Made by a program: the position numbers and the translations under genes. From Tubulanus polymorphus (taxonomy: Eukaryota; Animalia; Nemertea): a DNA stretch of 64,000 bases. The DNA lies in the NCBI RefSeq assembly GCF_964204645.1, contig NC_134033.1, forward strand, positions 11,416,655-11,480,654, written 5' to 3'. This document shows, in pieces, positions 1 to 10,786 of the stretch. Under the pieces are notes generated by a model. That model did not search any database. It was not told the DNA's origin and was given only the letters and a program-made list of their open reading frames with translations. The stretch's first letter is position 1. The number at the start of each line of letters is the position of its first letter.

Positions 1-1931
1 ATCTGACCACATTTCAGTCGCCATCGAGCCGAAATCCGTTATATAGTGATTGATTAATATCTCTAGTGATATCTATATTATAAAGGGGAAACTCTCATTT
101 TTCGTAACCAGTTTCCGCGAAATCTCTTCGTTGTTTGGTCATGAAACTTGGCATGTACACGGAGGAATAGTTTCTCATGGTAGAGATAACAATTTCATTT
201 AGATCCAGGGTCTAAATGTGGGAGAATGTGGGAGATTCTATGGTTTGGGAATAATTGACTGTTTTGTATCGTTACGACAGCGTTTAACTCGCAAACTTGT
301 GATGAAACTCGCTATAAAGTGTCGATTTGATTAACTTAACAATTAAATATTACCTGTTTTTAATTTTGGAATGGTTTATATTCTATTCGCGATCATTAAA
401 AAGTCCATACGTATAAGTTCATCACATAGAGTTGTTTATCCGATACTATATGTACACATGAAGAATATCTTAAGACCGAAGAGAAGCGAAATAATATTGT
501 TCCTAAATATTCCCAGGTCCGATAAATAAATATACATAGTGCTATTTATTCATACATAACCGATCATTTTGAACTATTATATAATACTTACAATTGAATA
601 GATATCTAGGAAAGATTTAGAATGTGGAAAACATTATGAAATAACTGTATCGACCGTATCAACCAGGACCATTGCGATACCGTGGAACGGGAATAAACTT
701 CAAGATATTTTGCTCCCTCGCCCAACAAACACAGAACCAAATAAGAATATTTGCACGGTGCAGAAGGCAATTTGATAAGCCAAAATTGTACGGATTACCG
801 GCGCTCGCTAAATGCTGCATGTCTGTCGTGTTCAGAGCCAAATCAATCATCGACGCAGTAGAAATCGAATTTACGGTTTACATTTTTGCGTTCGGGTAGA
901 AAACGAACATTAGAATCGTGTTAAACAGATGTACGGATCGGAAATTCCGTAAGACTTCTGAACGACGAGAAATCGCAGCAGCTTCGGAACACTGGATTAT
1001 CAGCAGCCCAGCACAATGATTCTAGACGAGTTCAAATCAATATGTAGTATTTATATTTATACATCTAGTGAAAATCACTTTACCTTATGTTAAGTCATTT
1101 TTAACACGAGAAATGGCTGATGGCTTACAGCGGACCAGTTTCTATCTTCAGAAAAGGCAATCGGTTACAAAACTGCAAGGAAAATCGTGGATTTTACTCT
1201 TGGTTTTATCCAAATACAATACCGAGCAGCGTCTCGTAAATCCTATCAGTTGAAACCACCGGTTTACTCTAAAGACAGAAGTGGTCAAGTTTTATGGAAA
1301 AAAAGCACAGCACTGTCAGCTCTATCGTACAAGATAAGAAGCGAAAACGAGAGTAGTTTGCGTTACTCACCAGTGATCTATCTATGCATATAACATCATA
1401 AATATCAGCCGTATCCAACGAGCATCGCAGCCGTATCCTAGCCGTACGTATACTATCGTCTGCTATAGCAGTGTGTGCTGCGCGTATACCATCAGCATCC
1501 GGGTTTCAGCTGAGAAGCTACTAACAACAGATTCCGTGCGTTGCTGCACCAGACTCCATGGTTGCAGCGTCCACTGTAGGTCGTAGCGGACAGTTCGCGT
1601 ACAGTTGCGCGTACTCAATCCTTAATTGCGTTTACAGCACAGGCTTCTTATCAAAACAACCACGTAAATTCTAGAGCTTTTCTTTTCTATTTATCAATGC
1701 ATTGAATCTAAGAACTTTCGAAATATGAGTATCCGAGATTTTTTAGAAATCACCTCAAGCCATAAACACTACGTAGATTTAAATTTCGCTATATCGATAA
1801 TTAATTATTGCGCTTTTAAATCAATTTCAATATCAGTGGTCTCTTGTAGTTAGTTTGTATTTTTGTTGGGTAACAGATTTTTGTTTATCGTCTCGTTTTT
1901 TCGTGCCATAGAAAAATGAGTCGTAGACGCT

Positions 1932-3704
1932 TGTAAAACTTTAAAGGGTAACTGACACTTTTTAAAAGATTTTCTACTTTTTACACTAAACGATATATTA
2001 TAGTATACAATAAGGCTAGGTGATTTCATAATTGGACAAATCTTTTCAATCTAGTCAGAATTGATGATTTTGATGTTCGCGCACCTGTTCAGTGTATACA
2101 TTGCTTCTGCTGAACGCGTGGTACTGTGTCTATTAATAGAACTACGTCACTAAAGTAACGGCTCGGAAATGATGTCTATAGAAATGAATAGGAAATAAGC
2201 TACAAGAGCAATTCAACTTAATTTTATACCTATTTGGCATTCGAATTGAGACAAAATGCCTCTTGATTTTGAAAGTCTACATATTAATGATTATACTTAA
2301 CTGTTGAATGGACCATATCCGTTCCAACTAAGCGCAAAAATAGGATTTGAATAGCAATCCATGGCATTTTCTAGTAGACAGCAGGGAACACGGATGTTTA
2401 TATCATCGTTTTGTAATATCATTTAGTGATAGTAAGTAAGATCATGGTTAGATCTAAGAATATTTTGACTAATGAACTGATGATGAAACTTAGACAGAAT
2501 TAGCCGCAAGAATAATTTCAATTCTTTTCTTGAAATATACCTCGTATTGGTAGCGGCTTTGGTCACAAAATAAGAATATTTCCTCATCCATCCTATTTTA
2601 AAACTTAGAAATAACATTTGTGAAAGATTTGTGATGTAATCTATCAAAACTCTTCTGCAGCGTGAAACTTTAATCGAAAAACATTATTCCTTTGAATATT
2701 TGTTGTAAAGCTGTAGAAATTTATGAAAGTTTTTGTAGAGTTTTGAAGTGTTAGTTTTAAAACTAGGCCTACTTAGTCTTAAATGACTTTGAAAAATAGT
2801 AAACGAATATGAATCTATTTATTCTTTAGCGAGATCGAAATCTGTGATTACATAAGACACTGTAGTATGCTTGTGGTGCTGAACTATAGGTGAACTATGG
2901 AGCAGCAGTAACAGTGCTGAGAGCTTAGCATAGTGTACTTTAAAATAGCTTCATAGCAGCGGATTGAAATCTGCATCTTCAATTTGATCGATTTAGCCTA
3001 TTCAAATTACTCATTGATTCTTTGAAATAGGTTTATGCAATAGACAATAGATCCTTTTAACTCCCTGGCCAGTTTCAAAGCTGTAAAACAATCTGGCATT
3101 GAGATATAACAGAAAATACACGCAGTTTCCTCAAAATTCAACACATTTCTATAGACGCTATTTCTCAGCTCTGCCTGTAATGACGTTGCAGCGCGCACCT
3201 GCTGATTTAGCCGACGCTGAACAGTAAGCGATGTAAACAACGAAATGAGGTCAAAAATCTTGTTACAAAATCACAAATTGCGCGTTAACTAAACATTTTG
3301 GAACAGAACGGTTGAAGATGAGTGTATAGATCAATAGAATACATCATATTTTGAAATAAAAAAAAAGTGTCAGTTACCCTTTAAGATTCCTGAATCCTCC
3401 AAACAACCAAGATCAATCCGCAAAGAGACACGTTAGTTTACGAGTATGATGATGATTCCAGTTTATTGACGATAGTGAAAGTGTCGAATCGAGAGTCAGA
3501 TCGAGAGTGACCCCGAAAACATATTACAAATCCATTTTTTACATTTCAATGAAAGTATAAATAAATACTGTGTAGTCATGGAGTTGGTCAACGACTGCCT
3601 GATCATGCTAATCGCGCATAATCTGTTTGACCATCTCCATGACTATAATACTAAGACTATAAGAAGCTTAACAAATATATAGTAAATACGGCTTATGCCT
3701 AACA
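1932..3704 (-). repeat. 3' LTR of the Gypsy element (about 333 bp once the nested 1945-3384 insertion is removed)
   Basis: Starts TGT at 3704 just after the PPT. Ends ACA at 1932 next to the CGCT TSD. Minus-strand AATAAA at 3462-3467. Confidence 0.75.
1945..3380. mobile_element. Non-autonomous Kolobok-like DNA transposon nested in the LTR
   Basis: Perfect 19-bp TIR AGGGTAACTGACACTTTTT / AAAAAGTGTCAGTTACCCT. TTAA on both sides (1941-1944, 3381-3384). RR...YY termini with a TTAA TSD fit Kolobok. No transposase ORF. Confidence 0.8.
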
Positions 3705-4300
3705 TAGCCCTCCCCTTTCTTAAAAGTTCGACCCGAACTTACAAATAAAAAAATTACATTAAAATGAAAGCATTATACAAGTTTTATAGTTGAGGAAAGG
3801 GGGGTTAAAAAAAGAATTTTAAATACAAAAAAAAAAACAATTTACATAAACAAAAAAAAGGTAATAATATAAAATACATATGTAGATAAAGATAACGAAT
3901 ATGCCAAATATAAAAGAAACTGAGTACCCAAAGACGGATGAAGTAAATTAACGAAATAAGTAAATTACAATTATCATAGATTATCAACAAATAGAATAAT
4001 GCATAAATAAAATATAACGCAGTATAACTGATACCAAATGCCTTTCAACGATTCCTATACTCTCGCCGTTCACGTCCATAACCTCTACATCCACTTACGG
4101 CTGGTGATCGATACTAGATTGAATATCCTTTATTAAATTAAAACTGAATTTTACCAATCATACACTATTAAAGTTACAATAACCGATTACGAGGAAACAA
4201 AAAAATTATTAATGATACACATAAGAAGAAAAATATGAAAATACAAAACGTATAATATGTAAGTTGAATATGGCGTGATTAAAAATAACTGAAACCGCGG

Positions 4301-4723
4301 TCACACCACTTGTATATCTCGTGTATTAATGTCGCGTATGTCTAATTGAACGTCCATTTTTGGTGTGGCCGTCAAGGACCGAAACGATAGCGCTTGTATC
4401 CAGGAAACGGGTATTTGTCGTGGGAGCTCCATTTCTAGATCCGATTCCACGTGAACGACGCGTAGACTTCCCCAGTTACAATCGATCTTCGGACGTGGGC
4501 AATAGACGACATTACTTATTTCGATTGGCGCAGTTTCTCCGACTAACTTATAACTATGGACACAACCAGGCAAGGTTTGTAATTTCACATGCACTTGTTG
4601 GTCCATATATGGTTTAAATAAAATGAAAAACAACGGAACTGTATATCGAAACAAAGAGCTAATGAATATATCGAGCCCGCGGATTGTGAGTAGCATTAAA
4701 TTGCCTGATGAGGTTGGGGTCAT
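4301..4723 (-). CDS. Short ORF3 between pol and the PPT, possibly the C-terminal domain of an env-like protein
   Basis: 140-aa ORF in the env position. The pattern VKLQTLPG...PKIDCNWGSL...LPRQIPVSWIQALSFR resembles, from recall, cytoplasmic tails of invertebrate Gypsy env-like ORFs. Not verified by a search. Confidence 0.45.
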   Translation of the reverse strand: MTPTSSGNLMLLTIRGLDIFISSLFRYTVPLFFILFKPYMDQQVHVKLQTLPGCVHSYKLVGETAPIEISNVVYCPRPKIDCNWGSLRVVHVESDLEMELPRQIPVSWIQALSFRSLTATPKMDVQLDIRDINTRDIQVV

Positions 4724-6422
4724 CGATGTTTTCTTCTGGTTCCCAACTATCTTCTGACGGAGGAAAGCCCAGCCAGCGAATCAGATAGTATGTTTTCTTG
4801 GCATAACTCCTTTTTGCTAGTATTTTCTCCACGAGAAACTGATCTGGTTCCAGTGTTGCAGGTTTAGGATGATCTTTTATCAGTCTTGACTCAGGCCCTA
4901 AAAATTTCTTTAATTTACTGGCATGCTCAGACGATGACAAGAGTTTACCGTCCAATGTTTGTAACTTATACGTAACGGGTTTTAAATTTCCGGCTGGAAT
5001 TTTATCATGTATAATGTACGGTCCCGTGTAGGGGTGCATTAACTTTTTAGATAGGCCGTTACGACTGATCTTAGGCTTATACAAATAAACTTTTTCGCCA
5101 ATTTCAAAACTGATATCACGTGATTTCTTGTCATACTGGGCTTTCATTTTATCCTGACTAGTAAGTTGGTTAGCAATGGCTTCTGTGTGGATTAATTGGA
5201 ATTTTTGTTGTAAGGTCTGTAAATATTCTTCATGGCTGTGCGCTACGAGTTTAGAAGCTGGGAGTAAGAGGGCCGAATCGATAGGTAGGACTGGTTTACG
5301 GCCATAGAGCATCTGGAACGGCGAAATTTTTGTAGACATACTGGGGCTAACTCGATAGGAAAATAAAGCTGCCGGTATAAATTTGTCCCAGTCGGTCTGA
5401 CGGACATTAGCCTGAAATGCTAGCCGAGTAACCAGTGTACCATTAAACTTTTCCACAAGACCATCACATTGGGGATGAAAACTGCTAGTATGGGTTTGAG
5501 ATGTACCCATTTGTTTACAAACAGATTTAACCACTTCAGATAGAAAATTGGTGCCTCGGTCAGAATGCAAAACTCGTGGACATCCATGCCTGCAAAGAAT
5601 CTCGTTAAATAGGAGATTTGCAACCTCTGGGGCTTCGATGGATTTCGTTGCGAAAGCTTCGGGCCAATGAGTTAGATAATCCATGAAAACGACGATATAC
5701 TTTTGACCTGATGTCGTCTCTGGAAGCGGACCGACACAATCAACCCCTAATCGGTCAAAAGGTCTTTCGGCGATGGGCATAGGGACGAGTGGTGGCTGCG
5801 TGGACCTAGTGGGAACCTTCTTGCTGTTGCACTCACTGCACGTTTCAATCCAATTGCATATATCCCGTGTCATTCCTAACCAGAAATATCGTTTTTGAAT
5901 GACACCCAAGGTTTTCTTGAAACAATAATGACCACCAATTGATGAATCGTGACATGCAGTGAGTACATCCGGAATAAGGGTCTCAGGAAGGTACAGTTGA
6001 ATAGCCTTTGGCTCCTTGGTCTTTTTGTGGTTCCACACATGATAGAGCAGCTTTCCATTGCCGACAAAATAATGGTCAGAATGGAGGGCGATATCTCGAG
6101 CCTCTTTCTCATCGATGGGGAGGGTTTTTGACTCGAGATACGATAACATTTTTCCCGCCCAATCATCCTTTTCTAGTTGTCTCCGAATATCCGTTACGTC
6201 GACATTCGGATCACAAATTGTACAGACCTCAGTGAAACTGCAATGATCAGAATCGGACAGTGCGTTACGACCCGGTTGTTTTAAGGAGACCTCGTTATAT
6301 AATGATATGGTGCAAACAGAGTTGAAAGGACAGCGTGAAAGGGTGTCTGCATTGTTGTGGATTTTTCCCTTGCGGTATGTGACCGTAAAGTCCAGATCCT
6401 GTAATTCCAGAGCCCAACGCCC
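4659..6422 (-). CDS. Gypsy pol 3' part: RNase H C-terminus, H2C2 zinc finger, rve integrase, GPY/F, chromodomain
   Basis: Frame is open from 6422 (GRWALELQDLDFTVTYRKGKIHNNADTLSR) into ORF 4659..6149. Motifs: HDSSIGGH...CSEC, GVDCVGP, SDRGTNF, DGLVEKFN, YTGPY, VEKILAKR...YLIRWLGFPPSEDSWEPEENI. Confidence 0.93.
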   Translation of the reverse strand, partial: GRWALELQDLDFTVTYRKGKIHNNADTLSRCPFNSVCTISLYNEVSLKQPGRNALSDSDHCSFTEVCTICDPNVDVTDIRRQLEKDDWAGKMLSYLESKTLPIDEKEARDIALHSDHYFVGNGKLLYHVWNHKKTKEPKAIQLYLPETLIPDVLTACHDSSIGGHYCFKKTLGVIQKRYFWLGMTRDICNWIETCSECNSKKVPTRSTQPPLVPMPIAERPFDRLGVDCVGPLPETTSGQKYIVVFMDYLTHWPEAFATKSIEAPEVANLLFNEILCRHGCPRVLHSDRGTNFLSEVVKSVCKQMGTSQTHTSSFHPQCDGLVEKFNGTLVTRLAFQANVRQTDWDKFIPAALFSYRVSPSMSTKISPFQMLYGRKPVLPIDSALLLPASKLVAHSHEEYLQTLQQKFQLIHTEAIANQLTSQDKMKAQYDKKSRDISFEIGEKVYLYKPKISRNGLSKKLMHPYTGPYIIHDKIPAGNLKPVTYKLQTLDGKLLSSSEHASKLKKFLGPESRLIKDHPKPATLEPDQFLVEKILAKRSYAKKTYYLIRWLGFPPSEDSWEPEENIDDPNLIRQFNATHNPRARYIH

Positions 6423-6423
6423 G

Positions 6424-6480
6424 ATACTAAGACTATAAGAAGCTTAACAAATATATAGTAAATACGGCTTATGCCTAACA
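6424..6480 (-). repeat. 57-bp remnant of the 5' LTR
   Basis: Identical to 3648-3704 and joined directly to RNase H coding sequence at 6423. Confidence 0.9.
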
Positions 6481-7438
6481 CGCTCAAGGTTTTCAAGAAC
6501 GGTTTTCAGCTCTAGGTTTTTTTCTGCTCCCGCGAGAAACCGCTCGAGAAAATCAGCTTAAAAATTGGCGCCGAGCAGGAAAACGTGAGAGGACAGGCAA
6601 ATAAAATGCCGTTGAAACATTTCTCAGGAGGAAATTGCTGAAAAATCAGCCTTAAAAGTGTTCACGTGTATCATTTCATCTGATATCAATGACCAAACGA
6701 TGACCTAAATGTTTATTCAAAATCGAACAATATGGTTGAAAATCGAAGGCGCGTGTTTCAAAGATTTCTAGGATAGATCTCCGAAGGATATGAAGAGTTA
6801 GCCAGAGCTCTCAAGGGAATGGGGACCATGTGTTCATAAATGTGAAGATCCAAGTTGATCCTCACGTGCGATGCATTTATTTAGCTCTTCATTAAACTAT
6901 TTTTGCATCTCTTTACATATATATCATTTTCACGCATTTTAATATATCGATATTTGTTAAGCAACAGCATAGTAGAACGACGTTTTGTGTTACTGGGATC
7001 GTAAACAGAATTAGAAATTGACAAAAAGGACTAGAAATTGATTAAAAAAAAGAATTAACATGTGTTTAAGTTGTATTTTCCAAAGCAATGATATTTTGTC
7101 TATTCTTGCATATACATTTACGTACACTCATAGAAAAATTAGACAAGACTGTGCGATTTATTATTCAGTTGGCCGAACAAACGTGTCAATGACCGTCACT
7201 TTCTATGTACGGGCACGTCCGGGTAGTCGATGACCAACCGATCAGTGTTATGTTTGTATAATGTAATACACACGTAACGGGACATCATCTGAAATAACTG
7301 CGCACGGAAATATAAATGCTATAGGTACGAATATCAAACAAAAACTAATTTATGATAATTTATTCGTCGATATAATGTGCACGATTTATTTGTCATCAGC
7401 TGTTCTACATAATTAATACAAAACATCCTACTATATTT

Positions 7439-7648
7439 TAGGCTAAAAAGATTGATAGGTTGTTTCTCATTTCTGCTGAGCTTAAAAATGTTGACCCGGC
7501 CGCCTATCTTCCATGTACCCTACTTAAAATCATCATCAAGCTAACAACAACAGACCCGGCAGCTATAGAAATGAACTGATTACTTATTGCAGTTTACAAA
7601 AGTGACCCAGCCAATTGGGAGAAACAAGGCATCATTTCTCTAGCCTTA
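7439..7648. mobile_element. MITE, copy 1 (TAGGCTA...TAGCCT termini)
   Basis: Colinear similarity to 20373-20591. Short inverted termini and internal TGTTTCTC/GAGAAACA inverted motifs. Confidence 0.65.
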
Positions 7649-7859
7649 AGATATATTTGTGGGTGTTGATGATTTCTGTTTAATTTCAAAAGTAAATGAC
7701 GATTTCATTAGTTTATATTTTCAAATTAAAAACTATTTAATCCTTGCGCGCACTGAGGACTTCTATTCCATTGGAAATACTGATAGAAAATTAAACGAAA
7801 ATATCATCAGGACGAGAATTTCTATTTCTTTTTAAGGTCTTTATATAGAAGCGCTGAAT

Positions 7860-9195
7860 ATGGACATATTAAAAATGAAACGTCGTATGCGGCGATCAAC
7901 GCAACAGAAAATAACACTATTCGTTGCCGCATTCATATTCGGGGTCGCTCTATATCTGATTGTTAAACGTAGTTGTCATAACAGCGACATAGGAGAACAA
8001 GTCGAAACGCAAGGTGCAAAAGTCTATGCGGCAAGATACGCGAAGGCCTTACCGTTGGCTTCGCATGAAGGTAACATTCCAAATCAGGCATCACTACGTC
8101 GGCGCAAGAAAAAACATATTCCGAAAGATAAAGAGCGCTTAATTGGTGACGCCAGACTTGCACGTTTCGGGGATAAAGATCATGAAAGCTACGCTGGGGA
8201 ATCAGAATCGTTTCAACTCGTGGAAATGTTGGAGGAAAAATTTCCTGAGGCACATAAAGACACCGATCGCGTAGTTCCGGGTGATTCAATAGCGAGAGAA
8301 CAGCCTCTCGAAGAGCAGAGCATCGATGCTGAACTATCAAAAGATCCTAGCGACAAAAAGGGAAAAGAACAGAGTCATAAAGAGCAAAGGGTCGGTGCTC
8401 AACTATCAAAAGATCCAAGCGACAAAAAGGGAAAAGAACAAAGTCATAAAGAGCAAAGCATCGATACTGAACTATCAAAACATCCTAGCGACAAAAAGGG
8501 AAAAGAACAGCCTCCCATAGAGCAAAGCATCGATGCTGAACTATCAAAAGATCCTAGCGACAAGGGGAAAGAACAGTCTCCCAAAGAGCAAAAGGTCGGT
8601 GCTCAATTATCGAAAAATTGGTAACAGTAAGGAAAAAGAAAAGTCCCCCAAAGAGCAACAGGTCGTCGGCGCTGAACTATCAAAAGATCATAGCGACGAA
8701 AAGGGAAAAGAACAGTCTCTCAAAGAGCAACAGGTCAGCGCTGAACTGTCAAACATTGATAACGACAAAAAGCAAACAGAACAGTCTCCCAAAGAGCAAA
8801 GGGTCGATGAGCTATCAAAGGATCTTAGCGATAAAAAGCTTCCAGACAAGATGTCAAATCGGGATATAGTACGTAAAGGACAGGTTCTTGACCAACGTCC
8901 AACTGAAGTATTACTGGATAAACGGGAAGTTATCGAGCAACCATTGAAAACAACGAAAAACATTACTGATCGTGGAATACTTACGAAAGAACGGACTATA
9001 AAAGAACCAGAAGATGCTAAGTTATCATTAAACAAACGGATAGAAAGTGAAGATACGCCTAGTAACATCCGTACTGTAGAAAGAGTCTCCGAACGACCAA
9101 TCGTCGAATTAAGTAAAAAGCAACCTATGAAACAAAAAATGACCGAACCCAAAATTCAGCAGATATATCCGCATATCTCAGACGAAAAACTGTAA
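7860..9195 (+). CDS. Type II membrane (signal-anchor) protein with 23-aa tandem repeats; 1-nt frameshift near 8613-8617
   Basis: Basic N-terminus, then a TM segment (ITLFVAAFIFGVALYLIV). The 69-bp repeat (EQSIDAELSKDPSDKKGKEQSHK) continues from ORF 7860..8624 into ORF 8533..9195 across an A5 run. About 444 aa if corrected. Confidence 0.65.
8313..8840 (+). repeat. Coding minisatellite, about 69-bp unit, 7-8 copies
   Basis: GAGCA...GCTGAACTATCAAAAGATCCTAGCGACAAAAAGGGAAAAGAACAG recurs with a period of about 66-72 bp. Confidence 0.9.
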
Positions 9196-10786
9196 AAACT
9201 CGGGACAAACTAACAATGGCGATGCCGCGGCTTTTGTGATAAAATCAATATCCGTAGTTGTATTAACACTAAAGACGGTTAATTGTTCAACTCGTGCGTC
9301 AAATAATTGTATTTCATACATAATACCGTATGACTGGGAATGGGTAGCTGCCAGTACCAATTTTCCCCCTCCATTCCTTGGATAAATTCAAGGCTCTAAA
9401 TTCAATTTCTTATTATGGTTTTGACATTCTCGTCATAGTGAATTCTAAATTAGGTCTTGGTCATGATTTGATTTGACTCAGAGTTAAAAACACATTGCTG
9501 CATAGGAACTGATTTTAACTAGTCTAATGAAGTCAAACTTCTCAATGTGAGTCCAGAATCGGATTCAACAGTTTGCAGATTCACAACACTGTTTTATATC
9601 AAAAATATATTTTTTTTAGTGTTCAATGAAAATAAAGATAATTTTTCTTACATTTAAGTCTTGTTTAACTTGGGCTGGGCGCCTTTTGTGATGCGAACGA
9701 AACTTTGTTCCATCAAAGTCGGGTCCAATATGGAAGGGGGAATATCTCTATATTTCAAAGACACGAAAATCTGTATCCATATAACATTATCTGTCGTCAA
9801 AAACAAACCTATTATGGGCTACACTTGATCTTTAACGATCAAATCTTTCCATTATGAGTTAATCGATGGAAAGACATTATCGTGCACATTCATTGTTTGT
9901 CATCGTCAGCGTCAAAAAAATGTTTTTTTTCAAAAACTTAAGACGACGAAGGATAGGAACTTGAGGAAGGAATAGACAGAAGAAGCTTAGGGAGCCCGGA
10001 GCATATCGACCACATGGAGCCACCCTAAATAAACTCATCCGCTACAGTTGCACGACTTCCCTCTCCATCTAACAGCCGTTTTTGACAGTAAGCCGCGTGG
10101 CAACAAAAAACCCGGGAAAAATGTAACTGCCGTAGCAATTTTTCTGAGGCGACGTGGTCTCTGCCGTCAATGGGCCCGGTCTCCCCTGCGTTCCGATTCA
10201 CGGTTGTTTCGCGTTCATGAGCTGAGGTCACCGCCACGTTAGCTCAAACGGTACGGGTTGAGCTAGTTCCCGGAGCCCGCCTGTTCGGGTCCCGTTATTT
10301 TTGTCAAGTTGTGCGGTGAGCTGACGTCGTACTCCGAGGGACGGAAACTAGCGCCGACCATGTAGATTGTAGGTGGTGCTAGTGTCGATTATGAATTGGA
10401 TGAAAATTCGAAAAATGAGACTTCTATAGCCTTTTTTTAAAGGATTTGATGGTAATAATGTAAGTTTTATGCGGTGAAATGAGATGTTCATTGCGCCTCA
10501 TGATTGTTGTGACAGTTGTGTGTTACATTCATTTAGATTGAATACTTTAATCCGATTGAATACGGCACTTAAATTCATTTAACCCCTTTCAGTGAAGACT
10601 TTTTGCAATTTTGGATATCCTTCAATACAGTTTCAAATGGATTAGAAAATGATGATTTAGGTCTACTGCCAGTCCTAACTACAGTCCGTTTACACTTCAG
10701 TTTGGTTGCCGACTTATCACACAAAATCTCTTTTCAGTAGCTCATTGTTTTATGATCTAGCAGCATTCTGAAGAACGCCAGCCGAC

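Larger units (their letters stand above)
1932..6480 (-). mobile_element. Internally deleted Ty3/Gypsy LTR retrotransposon with chromodomain integrase
   Basis: Minus-strand termini are TGTTAGG (6480) and TTTTACA (1932). 4-bp TSD CGCT at 1928-1931 and 6481-6484. Identical 57-bp LTR segment at 3648-3704 and 6424-6480. Polypurine tract at 3708-3721 next to the 3' LTR. The pol remnant covers the RNase H end, integrase and chromodomain. Gag, PR, RT and PBS are absent. Confidence 0.9.

Noticed and set aside
71-1250. Possible non-autonomous Helitron (A-TCTATATTATAAAG start)
   Set aside because: No convincing 3' hairpin-CTAG end or second copy in the window.
3577-3641. CATGGAG...CTCCATG hairpin as another P footprint
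   Set aside because: It is 65 bp long and its flanks are inverted, not a direct 7-bp repeat. Treated as an LTR hairpin or small insert.
4659-6149. Integrase as a Ginger DNA transposon or domesticated GIN gene
   Set aside because: Direct LTR repeats, a PPT and an in-frame RNase H remnant show it is an LTR retrotransposon derivative.
6566-6580. TGGCGCCGAGCAGG as the Gypsy primer-binding site
   Set aside because: It is on the wrong strand, lies outside the TSD-bounded element and is not preceded by an LTR CA end.
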